Part shown: positions 46,993 through 60,712 of the stretch, piece by piece | Layout of the letters: every line of letters starts with the position of its first letter | Position numbering within the stretch: position 1 is the stretch's first letter | Source of the DNA: the human T2T-CHM13v2.0 reference genome, Homo sapiens | Length of the DNA: 64,000 nucleotides | Reading direction: 5' to 3' | NCBI GenBank assembly: GCA_009914755.4 | Contig: CP068257.2 | Span: 24,672,001-24,736,000, forward strand | Notes under the pieces: generated by a model | The model's database searches: none | The model's input: the letters and a program-made list of their open reading frames with translations, nothing else | Told to the model about the DNA's origin: nothing | Made by a program: the position numbers and the translations under genes

Positions 46993-49900
46993 AACCCTAA
47001 GTTAATTCCATGTTTGTATCCACTCTACTAACTAATGACTGTTCCTAGTAATTACTTGTAGCACCTTCATGACTTGGAAATTGGATAAAGTAATTTTTGT
47101 CAAAATCTATATTACCTGGCACCTGTCACTTGTGGCCAGGTTGGAGGGAATAGAGTTTTGCAAAGAAAAGAAAAGGTTCCCCTCCAATAAGTTAAGTGAA
47201 TGTTTTCAACCACTTATTGTTTTCACTGTCCCATGGCTGATGGAAAAGACTGAAGAAATATGTGCCTTACCCAAAGGGAAAGTCATGGCTGTCTTTTACA
47301 GTGTCAGAACTTGATAGGATTTTTAATGTTTTCTCTATTACTGGTTGAAGCAGAGCATGAGTGGGTGATGGAATAACTTATAAAATACAGGAATAAATCC
47401 ATCTAGCCCAAGAAAATCACTGAAGAGCAAGATATAATCGGCGTGAATATTTCCTCCTCTAATAACTGAGTAAGGAGTTTATTGATTGAGAGAAGGCAGA
47501 GTAAAACAAATATTTTCAAGAATATTTTCAAAAGATTTCATGTGATGATGATTTTGAGTATTGTATATCTGCTTTGTCTGGATAGCTGACATCTCCCATT
47601 TTTCAAAAGCTGTGTATGGGTTGGTTTGTGCTAATCAATTCTCTTTTCACACCCGTCCATTTGTCATGTACAGGTTTATCCATCTTCGGATTTTCCAAGG
47701 ATTCTCTTTACTCACTCTGGCTCCATAATGCACTGTCCTTAATAAACAAATAATCTGCTACTGACCCACCATGAGTAGCTTTTCCAGTGGCGGTAAAGAA
47801 AGATGCTTAAATTAAAATCCATAATTTCCAAGACAGTTATTTAGGGTTAAAGCTGTAGCTTTGCACCAAGCAAAGGGGCATTTTTTATGCAAAAGTCAGA
47901 TACTGAGCAACGTGTGGTGAGTTCTAGTCAATTGTTCTTTGATTTATTCATCCACTCATTTACCAATTTATCGGTTATGTTCTAGGTCAGTGGTTCTCAA
48001 ACTTGGCTGAAATTATAATTACTTGTTTGTCTTAAAAGAGGATGAAACAGTGAGGTTTGAGTACCTAGTTCCAGGGATCCTGATTTAATTGTTCTGACTT
48101 GAGTCTGGGCATCTGTCACTTTAGAAGCTCTCTTGTGTTTTCAGTATATAGCCAGGTTCAAACATTATTGTTCTGTGTGCTGGATACAGTGGTGAAACAT
48201 ACGGATGGTGGTCTTGCTCACAAGAAATTTATGTTCTGGTGTGAAAATGAAGGGCCATAGACAGATGAGTAAGGTGAATTCATATAACGCTAGGTTCAGT
48301 GGAGAAAATAGAAATAGGTGAGAAGGATACAGAGGACCAAAAGGGAGCTACTTTTTAAAAAGAGTGGTTCATAGGGGAGATGAGGAATGAGCAGAAGCTT
48401 TAATGTGTTTATTGTGCTCAAGAGAGGAGGAGCAGAGAAGAAACATTATTTCTTTAGAAATAAATCAAAACATATACACTTCATCCATTTTAGTGATAAG
48501 AGCTTCATTATTCTTACAAAACTAAGTCTTGGGACTTTCTATGTTAATAAGTCAATTGGGGGTACAAAGATGAATAAGGAACACGAAACTTTCAATCTAG
48601 TACATATGTAATTAACAAGTTGGATATAATTTGGAACATGCTAACGTGGTGGTAGTGACGTGAAGGAGCTTTTGATCCATCGGTGGGTTTTAGGGTTGTT
48701 TTACCATATTCAAGGACTCCTCACTCAGCCTGTTTTCTATTTAGCATTCCTTTCACCTTAATTTTGGCTCTTGCCTTTTATATTTTAGAAGGGTGGTTTT
48801 AAATGGAATTTAGAACTGACGAGTGTTAGGCAATTGTACTGATCTTTGGGTAGAATTGATCAAATGAGTAATTTAGGACAAGAACATTCACTTCTCTTTT
48901 ACTGTGAACTTTGCTAGGCACTGTGGTGATTCAAAATGAGTTAGATGTAGTTAGTTAGTTCCCTGGGTAGATTTAAGGAAGAGTAAATAAAACAGAAAAG
49001 AACGTAATCACAATGCAAAATTAAAAGTGCAATTATAAGGAACACAAAGAGTGAGTGGGCGAGCGGAGGAGGGAGTGAAGAACTTCAACTGATAGTAAAC
49101 CTGGTATTGACATCCAGGCTACCTCAGGGGGCCGGTGCTGGCTCTATTCATACTTATTCCCCAAAATGGTATGACCAGGATGGTGTGGTTTTCGATGAAA
49201 TCTGAGTCTCAAGGAGCTAAATTAGGTCATTAGTTAATTAAAAAAAAAATCTTGGGAGCCAGTTAAAGAAATGCTTATCTCTAAATAATAAATATATTCA
49301 TTCTGATTTTCTTTCTAGATGGTCTTTTCTTTTTGTTGCACTTGACTTTCACTTCAGAAGCAATTCTGGGTGATTTTTAGTTGCTCATTAACATCCCAAG
49401 GTAACATTCTGTGTTTAGCTTTTACAGAAACTAGGAAAAGGGCTTATAGAGAAGTAAATACAGATGAAAACAGGAGCTGGATAATAATAGTAATTTCACA
49501 GCACCTTTCCCCCAAGGTGTTTAAAACATTTTGCAAAATACAAACAAGGATACTGAGAACTCCCAGGGGAAGGTGGCAAAAATCATAGCCTCCATTTATA
49601 GATGAGTCTTCCCAGAGAATCTCTGCGGAAAAGAAAAGTGAGGTGATATGATGATTTTATAGCTACCCTAAAAATATCCTTGACGGAAGAGCCTTCTTAT
49701 GAGAAACCAAATTTTGTACACAGTGACTGTTGGTAATAGACACATTTATTACTGATTATAACAACAGCAAACCTTCCATATTAATATTGAAGTTTTAATA
49801 TTAATAGCAATATTAATATTTGCTATTATCAGTGTCATTCAGTACTTGGTTAAATGATAAACTTCCAGATTGAATCTTAATTGTGCATACTTCAAAGTTT

Positions 49901-50031
49901 AACCCTCTTACTTGGAGTTATTCTGTATTTAATATCTGATTCCACTGTTTTTTGAATTGATTTTACCCTACCAAGCTGACTGTAAGGTCAATGTGAGAAG
50001 GGGACTCTCCTAATACACAGATTGGTCTTAA

Positions 50032-50327
<296 letters not shown>

Positions 50328-50389
50328 CAAGAACATAGTACTTTTTGAATAAAGCAAACTCTTTTGGAACAAAATGTTGAACCAGTAGA

Positions 50390-50413
50390 AAACAAACAAA
50401 CAAACAAACAAAA
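50390..50413. repeat. (CAAA)n microsatellite
   Basis: aacaaacaaacaaacaaacaaaaa read directly. Confidence 0.85.
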
Positions 50414-50490
50414 ACTACATTCTTTTTCCTCTTATGAGACCACTTACAATTACTTATCACACCAATGGTTCTGGTCTATGTCCTTTTTAA

Positions 50491-50782
50491 GTTTACCTTT
50501 TAGACTTTTAGAGATTATTTTCCAGCTAGTTAAATCACTCTCTAAAAAGAATTCCTTTGACATACAAACCCGAAGAGTTCTTATGGTGGCCTGGTGATGG
50601 TTTTTAGTACCTGCCGGTTCCCTTCTCACTTCCTGTGATGGCCATTACAATCTTTTGTACTCTAGTTAGTATTCTGTCTCATACTAAATCCCTTCACTCT
50701 CAACAGGCAGCCTTAAATTTTTCCATGTAGACAATACTGAGATCCCAGCCTTGTACTCTTTAAACTTCCCTTCTTTCCTCCT
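50491..50782 (+). repeat. copy 1 of a ~290-bp local direct duplication (copy 2 at 51211-51492)
   Basis: The text gtttaccttttagacttttagagattattttccagctagttaaatcactctctaaaaagaattcctttgacatacaaacccgaagagttcttatggtggcctggtgatggtttttagtacctgcc... is about 94% identical to 51211-51492. Confidence 0.9.
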
Positions 50783-50932
50783 TTAGATAGCTTTCTTTCG
50801 TTCTTCCCACTTATGAATTTAGCATCCCTGATTCAGAAATCTGAGATCTGAAATGGTCCCAATCCAAAACTGTTTTAGCCCTGACATGACGCCACAGTGG
50901 AAAATTTTATACCTGAATTCAGGTGATGGGTT

Positions 50933-51078
50933 GCAGACAAAACTTTCTTCCGTGCACAAGATTATTAAAAATAGTGTATATAATTACCTTCAGGCTATGT
51001 GTTTGTGTCGCAGACAAAACTTTCTTCTGTGCACAAAATTATTAAAAATAGTGTATATAATTACCTTCAGGCTATGTG
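50933..51078 (+). repeat. tandem duplication, 2 copies of a 77-bp unit
   Basis: gcagacaaaactttcttccgtgcacaagattattaaaaatagtgtatataattaccttcaggctatgtg occurs at 50933-51001 and again at 51010-51078 with 2 mismatches. Confidence 0.9.
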
Positions 51079-51154
51079 CATAAGGTGTATATGAAAAGTA
51101 AAATGAATTTCATCTTTATACTTGGGTCCCAATCCAAAGATATCTCATTATGTA

Positions 51155-51850
51155 CAGTCACATGTCACTTAATGACAGTTATACATTCTGAGAAGTGATT
51201 TTTTTTTTGAGTTTACCTTTTAGGCTTTTATAGATTATTTTCTAGCCAGTTAAATCACTCTCTAAAAAGAATTCCTTTGACATACAAACCCAAGGAGATC
51301 TTATGGTGGCCTGGTGATGGTTTTTAGTAATTGCCAGCTCCTTTCTCACTTCCTGTGATGGCCATTACAATCTTTGGTACTCTAGTTAGTATTCTTATAC
51401 TAAATCCCTTCACTCTCAATGGGCAGCCTTAAATTTTCCATGTAGACAATACTGAGACCCCAGCCTTGTACTCTTTAAACTTTCCTTCTTTTTTTTTGAG
51501 ACAGCGTCTCACTCTGTCGCCCAGGCTGGAGTGCAATTGTTGGGCGATTTTGTAGCTGTGCAAACATCACAGAGTGTACTTACATGAACCTAGATATCTT
51601 AGCCTACTACACACCTAGGCTACCTGGTATAGCCTATTGCTCCTAGGCCACAAACCTGTATAGCTTGTTACTGTATTGAATACCGTGGACTATTATAGCC
51701 CAATGTTAAGCATTTTTGTGTCTAAACATGACAAAAATAGAAAAGGTACAGTAAAAATATAATATAGTGTTCTGGGACCACTGTTGTATAAACGCATTCT
51801 GTTCCTAAACAAAATGTTATATGACACGTGACTGTATATGCAAATATTTG
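51155..51850. mobile_element. non-autonomous cut-and-paste DNA transposon (TIR type), split by an internal insertion
   Basis: Left end cagtcacatgtcacttaatgacagttatacattctgagaagtga. The right end is the reverse complement of cagtcacgtgtcatataacattttgtttaggaacagaatgcgtttatacaacagtgg. The internal region (ttgttgggcgattttgtagctgtgcaaacatcacagagtgtacttacatgaacctagatatcttagcctactacacacctaggctacctggtatagcctattgctcctaggccacaaacctgtatagc...) matches a common human MITE consensus as I remember it (CAGTCACATGTCGCTTAACGACGGGGATACGTTCTGAGAAATGCGTCGTTAGGCGATTTCGTCGTTGTGCGAACATCATAGAGTGTAC...). The element is interrupted at about 51195-51540. Family name is not assigned. Confidence 0.6.
51211..51492 (+). 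repeat. copy 2 of the ~290-bp local direct duplication, embedded inside a DNA transposon
   Basis: See 50491-50782. Copy 2 is preceded by a T10 tract. It is followed by a 50-bp 3'-terminal Alu fragment (tttttttttgagacagcgtctcactctgtcgcccaggctggagtgcaa, about 51492-51540). Confidence 0.9.
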
Positions 51851-52242
51851 AAAATCTGAGAAAAATCTGAAATCCAAAAGACTTCTGATCCCAAGCATTT
51901 CAGATAAGGGATACACAACCAATATGAGATTTTTTTTTCTTTTTATTGTGTCTTGAATTAATCTTGGATTAACCAATCACCTGCCCCTGAAGCTAACTCC
52001 ATTATCATTTACCCTCTTCTTAGCAATGATAACATCTTTCCTCTGGACTCCCTTCTAAGATCACAGCTTTCTACATTTTAACTCACCTGCTCAAGTACTT
52101 CTAACTCAGCCCACTGTGACCTCCCACGGATTGATGACACTTCCCTGAGTAATCATCAGTACCTCTGGTCTGTCTCCAATTCCATTGTTTTCCTGATCCA
52201 TCTCGTTAATCATTCCCTTGCAAACAGTCCTCAACCTCCACG

Positions 52243-52400
52243 CCTCTTTACCTGTACTTTGGCTTCCTCATCTGTAAAATGGGGATAATAGAAGTGCCTA
52301 TTTCATGGGGTAGGAGGGTGAGGGTTTAATGAATTTATAGAAAATGCTTGAAACAATGTCTGGTACATAGTTAGCCTTGCATAGGTGATTATAATAATGA
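52243..52400 (+). mobile_element. MIR SINE, 3' half
   Basis: cctcatctgtaaaatggggataatagaagtgcctatttcatggggtaggagggtgagggtttaatgaatttatagaaaatgcttgaaacaatgtctggtacatagttagccttgcataggtgattataataat matches the MIR consensus region CCTCATCTGTAAAATGGGGATAATAATAGTACCTACCTCATAGGGTTGTTGTGAGGATTAAATGAG...CAGTGCCTGGCACATAGTAAGCGCTCAATAAATG. Confidence 0.6.
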
Positions 52401-52681
52401 GGCTGATTATTGCTACTACTTAGGAGCTTCAATTGCCTCTCAATTGCCTATAGTGATAAGACTTGAACTCCTCATCTTGGCATTCATGCTTTTTCTTTCC
52501 TACCCTCATCTTCTTTACTCCCACTCCATATACCCCATGCCACTGCATTTTGAGTCTCTCCTTTCTTAAAAGACCGTTTCATATCTCTGTGCCTTTGCGT
52601 CTTCTGTTTCTTCTTCTTAGAATGACTTCTAGTACTCCTTTGTCTAGCTCATTTCAGTTGATCCATTAAGACCTGCATTAG

Positions 52682-53420
52682 TTATCTATTGCTGCATAAC
52701 AAGTTAGCCCCAAAATTAGTGATGTAAAACAACGGTAAATATTTATCTCATGCAATGGTCCAGGAATTCAAAATTGGCTTGGCTTGGTGGTTCTGGCTGA
52801 GGGTGTCTTGTGCAGTTGTAGTTAATTTGAAGGTTTGGTGCTAGCTTTGGGGTTCTGCTTTGAGAAGGTGAAGTTCTGCTTTGAGGATTGCTCTCTCACA
52901 TGGCTGGCAAGCTGGTTGGCTGTTGTCAGGAGGTCTCAGTTTCTCAATGAGTAGACTGCTTCTTAGGGCTGTTGAGTATTCTTACAACATGGAGGCTGGC
53001 TTTTCTTAGAGCAAGGGGAGTGCAAGTAGAAGTAGAAATCTCTTTTATGGCCTACTCTTGGATTCCACACACTGTCATTTCCTCAGTATTCTACTAGTCA
53101 TCCAGGCAAGCCCTGACTCACTGTGGGATGGGACTCTACAGAGGCTTGAAAGCCAGGAAGCCAGACTGCTGGGGTCCAACAACTTTTCTGAGATCTTCTC
53201 TCATTACCCGAGGCAGATTTGTTTACATTTATCTTTTTGGTGCCTCCGTGAAAGCACTTGTAGTGTTCTGGAGTTTATTTGTGTGCTTGCTGTTTACATC
53301 TGCCTTCTTCACAAAATTAAGAATAATGGGAAGGCAGAGGCTATGCAGTTTCATGTCTGTTTCCCCTGGCCCTATTTGTAGCCCCAAAGTGGAGATCCAA
53401 CAGGTGCAGATTTCATTGAA
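52682..53420 (-). mobile_element. older MaLR-type LTR (MLT1-related), minus orientation
   Basis: The reverse complement of the left end (gagataaatatttaccgttgttttacatcactaattttggggctaacttgttatgcagcaatagataacta) parallels the MLT1 3' end. The body is diverged. Boundaries are approximate. Confidence 0.4.
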
Positions 53421-53466
53421 TCAAATCATTACATATTTCTGTTCAGGATTGAAAATCTATCTTCTA

Positions 53467-53779
<313 letters not shown>

Positions 53780-55684
53780 CTAAAATGAAAAACGCTGTGT
53801 AGTCACTGTTGCTTTTTTTCATCTTGAGACTAAATTATATTATGTACTCACAATTCCTCTTCATTTTTTTTAGAAAGAAAAGCTTCCATTATGTTCAGGT
53901 TATTACTTGAGTGAAAACCTATAATTTTCCTTTCCTGTGAAAAAGAGCCAATCTTCTAGTACATGATATTGTCTACCTTCATTTTGTACAGCTCAAGTGA
54001 GATTGGTTGGGTGAGGTCTCTCCCACAAAACAACTATTTTGTCCAGTTCACTGCAAAAGCTCAATCTTCCTTTTCTACTTGAGACTTTGTGAAATTACAG
54101 TTTCATTTATTTTTAAAAAAGATAAAAAGTAAAGAGTGATGGAAGTTCTGTGGTCAGGTATTTTCTAGACATGTTTTATCAAAGAGTAGAACAAGCAAAT
54201 AATGTGTTTCTCTTGAGCCTTCAAATGCTAAAACTAATCACCTGAATAAGAATAGGTCTGAGATTTAATTCTAGTGATCAGGATTGGAAGTATACTCTCA
54301 AGCTTTTACCTTTCACTCTAGTGAGCTGAAGTGAATTCATTTTCAAACCTGAACACCTGTTTACATAACACAGCCTTAACTTAAAGACGCAATTTACTTT
54401 TGCAAAAGAAGAAGCAGGACTACAATTCATCCATTCAGTTACTCAACAAATATTTATCAAATACCTAATATGCACTCAGATGGGTTTGTTAGTTTTCCCA
54501 AATTTGAATATTACATAGGTCCACTTTAACTTACATTTCACATTGGCAAAGAGAAAAACAAAATGCACCTTGCAGAATTTTCACTGTGTGCTTCTTTCTG
54601 TCTTGATTTTCTTTCTCTCACTGTATTCTAGACTTATTTTTCAGGATTAGTTTCAAAGCTCTCCCTATTAAGACATACCTTGCAGTCCAACATTATGTAG
54701 GGGAGATATGATGAGTAGATTCATTCAAGAGTACCCTCTTCCATGCCTTTCTGTACTATAGAAGCCTCTAAGAGAAGTACCTGTGTCATCAGCTTCCCTT
54801 GTAGATAGAAGTGGCCATGTGGCAGAGTGTAGATTAATGAATTATAGGGAAAATTACTGCAAAAAGCAGCGATTTGCCTTCTTTTTCCTCTCTTTCTTCC
54901 TGCTTGCAATGACAAATAATGCTAGGTAGGACAAAGAGCCTCTTTGTGACTCCGAGGACAATAGTCCCACACTAAAGATGGCAGAGCTGGGAAATAGAAG
55001 GACCCTGGTTCTTTGATAATATTATTAAAAAAATACAGCAGCCCAGACCATCTCCTTCTTGATTTTTCTACATTACAAAAATAAATTCTTTAAGCAACTA
55101 TATATTGAGTTTTCTGTTACTTGTAGCTGAATGAATACATTTAACTGATATACTCTTTAATTACATTCACTCCAGACTTTGTTGAATTTAAAGTGCACTC
55201 TCTTTAAGTTTAGGGTGTTGGAAAAAGCCCAGTGGGTTGGATATCCTCCCATACTCCTTCCTGTCCCTCCCCCCTTTCTTCCTTACCTCCTTCCGCTTTA
55301 AATTCTACTGTTAGACTACAACTAGAACTTAATGTAATAAATTCCTCTGAATTTTTCTCTTGAATATGTTATGTATTTAAAAAGATGTCTATAATTATGT
55401 ATGATATTTTCCTAAAGCCTTATATAATCCTCTAAAAGAGTATGCTTGCCATCTGTATGGCTTCATGGTTGATTTTCTGTCATGTGGGAAAGATGAATCT
55501 CCAAGACTTAGTTAAAGGTTTCACAGAATAAATATGAATAAATATACAAACATATTTTCAAAATACTTTGTGTTCACACATACTTTGTGTGTATAGCATT
55601 GCCTATTGTTTTCTCTGGAGATAATAAGTTGATATTTGTTGACTATTTGTCCAAATAGTAGTGAATCTTGGTGGTGTACAATAA

Positions 55685-56045
<361 letters not shown>

Positions 56046-56767
56046 TAATCTTATGATTTCTAAATAGAAATAAAAATATTTGACTTAGTCTCCCTAGTAG
56101 GTTGTTGTGAAACTCAAAAAAGGAAATAGATTGGAATAATGTACTATATAAATGCAAAATATACTATTATTAATTGTTACTAAAAATTCCAGAGTATGAA
56201 TGCCAACATTGCTTCAAATTAGGGTTATTTATTTGCTATGCATAAGCATAGATTTTAATGTTTTCCTATACTTTCCATTTGGAGGGTTAAGTCAGTGAGG
56301 ACATTAAAGATTGAAGGGAAAACATACATGTTTCCCCCACTCTACTTCCAGCTCCATTTCGGAGGTGAATTTCTTGCTGAAATTAGTGTGCGGGGCAGAC
56401 AAAGCATGGTGAAAACATTAGCCTATTCCTTTCCAGGCTATGATTAGTCTACTAAGAAAATCTACCTCTTGTGAAGTCTCCAGCTTTCAGGAATTACCAC
56501 GAGAGAAAAATGTTCTGGGGGAGAGACGGTCTCTCACAAAATGAATGCATTGAACATATTCACCTGTATTAGGAAATAGAGAAGCAAGGATACCAGTTCA
56601 AAGGCAATGAAACCAGCCATAATCATATAAGAAGCCAAAACATCAAAAGAGAAAACTTTCTTGCTAATTTTTCACTGCTTCAATGATACATTCTAGCAAG
56701 GTATGTGGGGAAGAAAAAACAAGTCTGGAGTTGGCACTCCCCGCAGCTGAAGTTTCTCTAAGTAGAC

Positions 56768-57155
56768 TGTGATGGTTAATTTTATGTGTCAACTTGACTG
56801 GGTTAAGGGATACCCTGATAGCTGGTGAAACATTATTTCTGATTGTGCCTATGAGGGTGCTTCTGAAAGATATAAGCATTTAAATTAGTAGACTGAATAA
56901 AGAAGAGCTGGCCTCACCAATGTGGGCAGACATCATCCAATCTATTGAGGTCCCAGCCAAACAGAGGCCTTCGACTGCGAGTTACATCAACTCCCCTGGC
57001 ACTTAGGCCTTCGAACTGGCCTTTCTTGGTTCTCCAGCTTATGGACAGCAGATCATGGGACCTCTCAGCCTCCCTAACTATGTGAGTCAGTTCTCATCAT
57101 AAATCCCTTATAAATCTATATATCTTATTGATTTTGTTTTTCTGGAGAATGCTGG
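56768..57155 (+). mobile_element. MaLR-like solo LTR, paralog of 10407-10930
   Basis: tgtgatggttaattttatgtgtcaacttgactgggttaagggataccctgatagctggtgaaacattatttctgattgtgcctatgagggtgcttctgaaagatataagcatttaaattagtagactgaataaagaag...ttctggagaatgctggctaatacat. TG..CA termini. Confidence 0.5.
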
Positions 57156-57799
57156 CTAATACATAGGCTATAAAAAAGAAGTATATTCAAGATAGAGGTC
57201 TTACATGTTGACCCCAAAATCATATAGATACAAGTGCTTCCTGGAGGACAGGGAAAGCCAGCATGTGACCTGACTTACAACACTGTTAAGTCTGGAGAAG
57301 AATAGAATTTCCTCTTTTACAATGTGTATTCCAAAGCCTCATGACCTCTGCCTGAAAAATCTGCTTTTATGTAGGGTCTCTCTGGCCTATGAATAAATTA
57401 TTATTCATATCATTTATTCAGATAATTTTACACTGGGTTGCCAGTGGATAAAGTAAGTTTTTTGTTATTAGTCATGCTTATTTTTGTGTTAAGTGTATGT
57501 ATATGGACTTAGAATGTGGTATACTAAGAAATCTAGCAGGGCTTTACAGGAGAATATATTTAACTGGATCATCCTTTCAGATAGTTCCTATAGTTTATCT
57601 TATTTAAAAATAAAATATTATATATTTTTCATAGGTTACATTTTAAAAACATGTCTATTAAAAGATTAAATCACTATATGTCAATTGAATAAGTGATTTT
57701 TAATGAAATTAAGCTCCATTCATTTCAAACTCTAATATATTTACATTTAAATTGCATTTCAGAAACAATGAAAAAAACTGTCTGAACAATATATTATGA

Positions 57800-58145
<346 letters not shown>

Positions 58146-58250
58146 TATTTTACTTAATTTCTTCTTCCAAATTCCATTCTTACAGCTGATCTCTTCCCTG
58201 GTTTGGGCCACTGTAAAGATTTGCTTTTTCATGTAGACCTCATACAAGAG

Positions 58251-58651
58251 TGTATTAGTCTGTTTTCATGCTGCTTCATAATTTATCCATGCTTCATAAA
58301 TTATCCATGACTGGATAATAATTTATCATGCTTCATAAATTATCCATGACTGGATAATTTATAAAGAAAAAGAGGTTTAATGGACCCACAGTTCCATGTG
58401 ACTGAGAAAGCCTCACAATCATGGTGAAAGGCACCTCTTCCACGGCAGGCAAGAGAGAATGAGAGCCAAGTGAAATGGGAAACCCCTTATAAAACCATCA
58501 GATCTTGTGAGACTTATTCATGAGAACTGTATGGGGGACACCACACCCATGATTCAGTTATCTCTCACTGGCTGTCTCCCACAACATGTGGGAATTATTG
58601 GAGCTACAGTTCAAGATGATATTTGGGTGGGGACACAGCCAAACCATATCA
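58251..58651 (-). mobile_element. THE1/MST-like MaLR solo LTR, minus orientation, with an internal 40-bp tandem duplication
   Basis: tgtattagtctgttttcatgctgct...ggataatttataaagaaaaagaggtttaatggacccacagttccatgtgactgagaaagcctcacaatcatggtgaaaggc...ggagctacagttcaagatgatatttgggtggggacacagccaaaccatatca. The unit catgcttcataaattatccatgactggataat is present twice (58287-58318 and 58327-58358). Confidence 0.8.
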
Positions 58652-59382
58652 CAGAGTATGCATGTTCTTGCTCAAAGGAAAGAACCTAAACATTCTTTAC
58701 TCATAATATGATATTTGGAGCAGCTTCATAGTAGATTTTTGTACTTTAGCATCGGGATGTCTCAGTGTTTGTTAACAACTAATAAATGCTCCGTATAGGT
58801 TAACAGGAATGCTTAGACTATAAAAATTGAAGAGAACCAACCTCACTTCAATTATTATTGTTTTTTACATGTAAAGGATTGTGTCTTTAGTAAATATCTT
58901 TTCTATAAGTCACTATAAAGTTTACATATTTTCTTATGAGTCCTCAGTTCTCTCAGACAGTGGCTGGTGAATAAACAATACTCCACAGGAAAGAATAAGT
59001 TATGATTTTGGGGGGCTGAATCAAACTCTTCCCAGATAACCTACACAAAATAAAATTATAATGACTGAATACATCTAAACAATTTATCATAATTGATAAC
59101 TGGTTTTTAAGAAATTGACTAGATTCAGTTGGCTTTTAACATAGAATGTTATTTGACTAACAGAATCAATTATTTTTCTTCCCAAAGTGACTTGGGATAT
59201 TTGGGTATAATTTTTGTGACTGCCATAAAAGCTAGACTTGGAATTAGGGGACTCTATATTAAACTAGAAGAGAAAGTTTTGACCCCAAGAATAGTGATAA
59301 TATTTGAATCATGCATGCTTCTTTTTAATTTTTAATTATTTATGCATTAATTGAGTATGCAATTCACCGCATATGCCAGTAT

Positions 59383-60712
59383 TTTTTTTTAATTATACTT
59401 TAAGTTCTGGGGTACATGTGCAGAACGTGCAGTTTTGTTACATAGGTATACACGTGCCATGGTGGTTTGCTGCACCCATCAACCCGTTATCTACGTTAGG
59501 TATTTCTCCTAATGCTATCCCTCCCCTAGCTCCCCAGCCCCCACAGGCCCTGGTGTGTGATGTTCCCCTTCCTGTGTCCATGTGTTCTCATTGTTCAACT
59601 CCCACTTATAAGTGAGAACATGTGGGGTTTGGTTTTCTGATCTTGTGACAGTTTGCTGAGAATGATGGTTTCCAGCTTCATCCATGTCTCTGCAAAGGAT
59701 GTGAACTCATCCTTTTTCATGGCTGCATAGTATTCCATGGTGTATATGTGCCACATTTTCTTAATCCAGACTATCATTGATGAACATTCGGGTTGGTTCC
59801 AAGTCTTTGCTATTGTGAATAGTGCTGCAATAAACATATGTGTGCATGTGTCTTTATTGTAGAATAATATATAATCCTTTGGGTATATACCCAGTAATGG
59901 AATTGCTGGGGCAAATGGTATTTCTAGTTCTAGATCCTTGAAGAATTGCCACACTGTCTTCCACAATGGTTGAACTAATTTATATTCCCACCAACAGTGT
60001 AAAAGTGTTCCCATTTTTCCACAGCCTCTCCAGCATCTGTTGTTTCCTGACTTTTTAATGATCACCAATCTAACTGGCGTGAGATGGTATCTCATTATGG
60101 TTTTGATTTGCATTTCTCTAACGACCAGTGGTGATGAGCATTTTTTCATGTGTCTGTTGGCTGCATAAATGTCTTCTTTTGAGAAGCGTCTGTTCGTATC
60201 CTTTGCCCATTTTTTGATGGGGTTTTTGCTTTTTTCTTGTAAATTTGTTTAAGTTCTTTGTAGATTCTGGATATATTAGCCCTTTGTCAGATGGATAGAT
60301 TGCAAAAATTTTCTCCCATTCTGTAGGTTTTCTCTTCACTCTGATGATAGTTTCTTTTGCTGTGCGGAAGCTCTTTGGTTTAATTAGATCCCATTTGTCA
60401 ATTTTGGCTTTTGTTGCCATTGCTTTTGGGGTTTTAGTCATGAAGTCTTTGCCCATGCCTGTGTCCTGAATGATATTGCCCAGGTTTTCTTCTAGGATTT
60501 TTATGGTCCTAGGTCTTAGGTTTAAGTCTTTGATCCATCTTGAGTTGATTTTTGTATAAGGTGTAAGGAAGGGGTCCAGTTTCAGTTTTCTGCCTATGGC
60601 TAGCCAGTTTTCCCAACACCATTTATTAAATAGGGAATCTTTTCCCCATTGCCTGTGTGTGTCAGGCTTGTCAAAGATCAGATGGTGGTAGATCACACAT
60701 GCTTCTTTTGTC
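59383..60712 (-). mobile_element. L1PA-type LINE-1 3' portion (about 1.3 kb: ORF2 C-terminus plus 3'UTR), 5'-truncated, minus orientation
   Basis: A T8 tract followed by aattatactttaagttctggggtacatgtgcagaacgtgcagttttgttacataggtatacacgtgccatggtggtttgctgcacccatcaacc..., colinear with the L1PA consensus through ...catctgatctttgacaagcctga near 60712. Confidence 0.95.
59595..60149 (-). pseudogene. L1 ORF2 C-terminal remnant (184-aa open frame)
   Basis: [93 protein letters not shown]...[42 protein letters not shown] is the near-intact C-terminus of L1PA ORF2. Confidence 0.9.
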
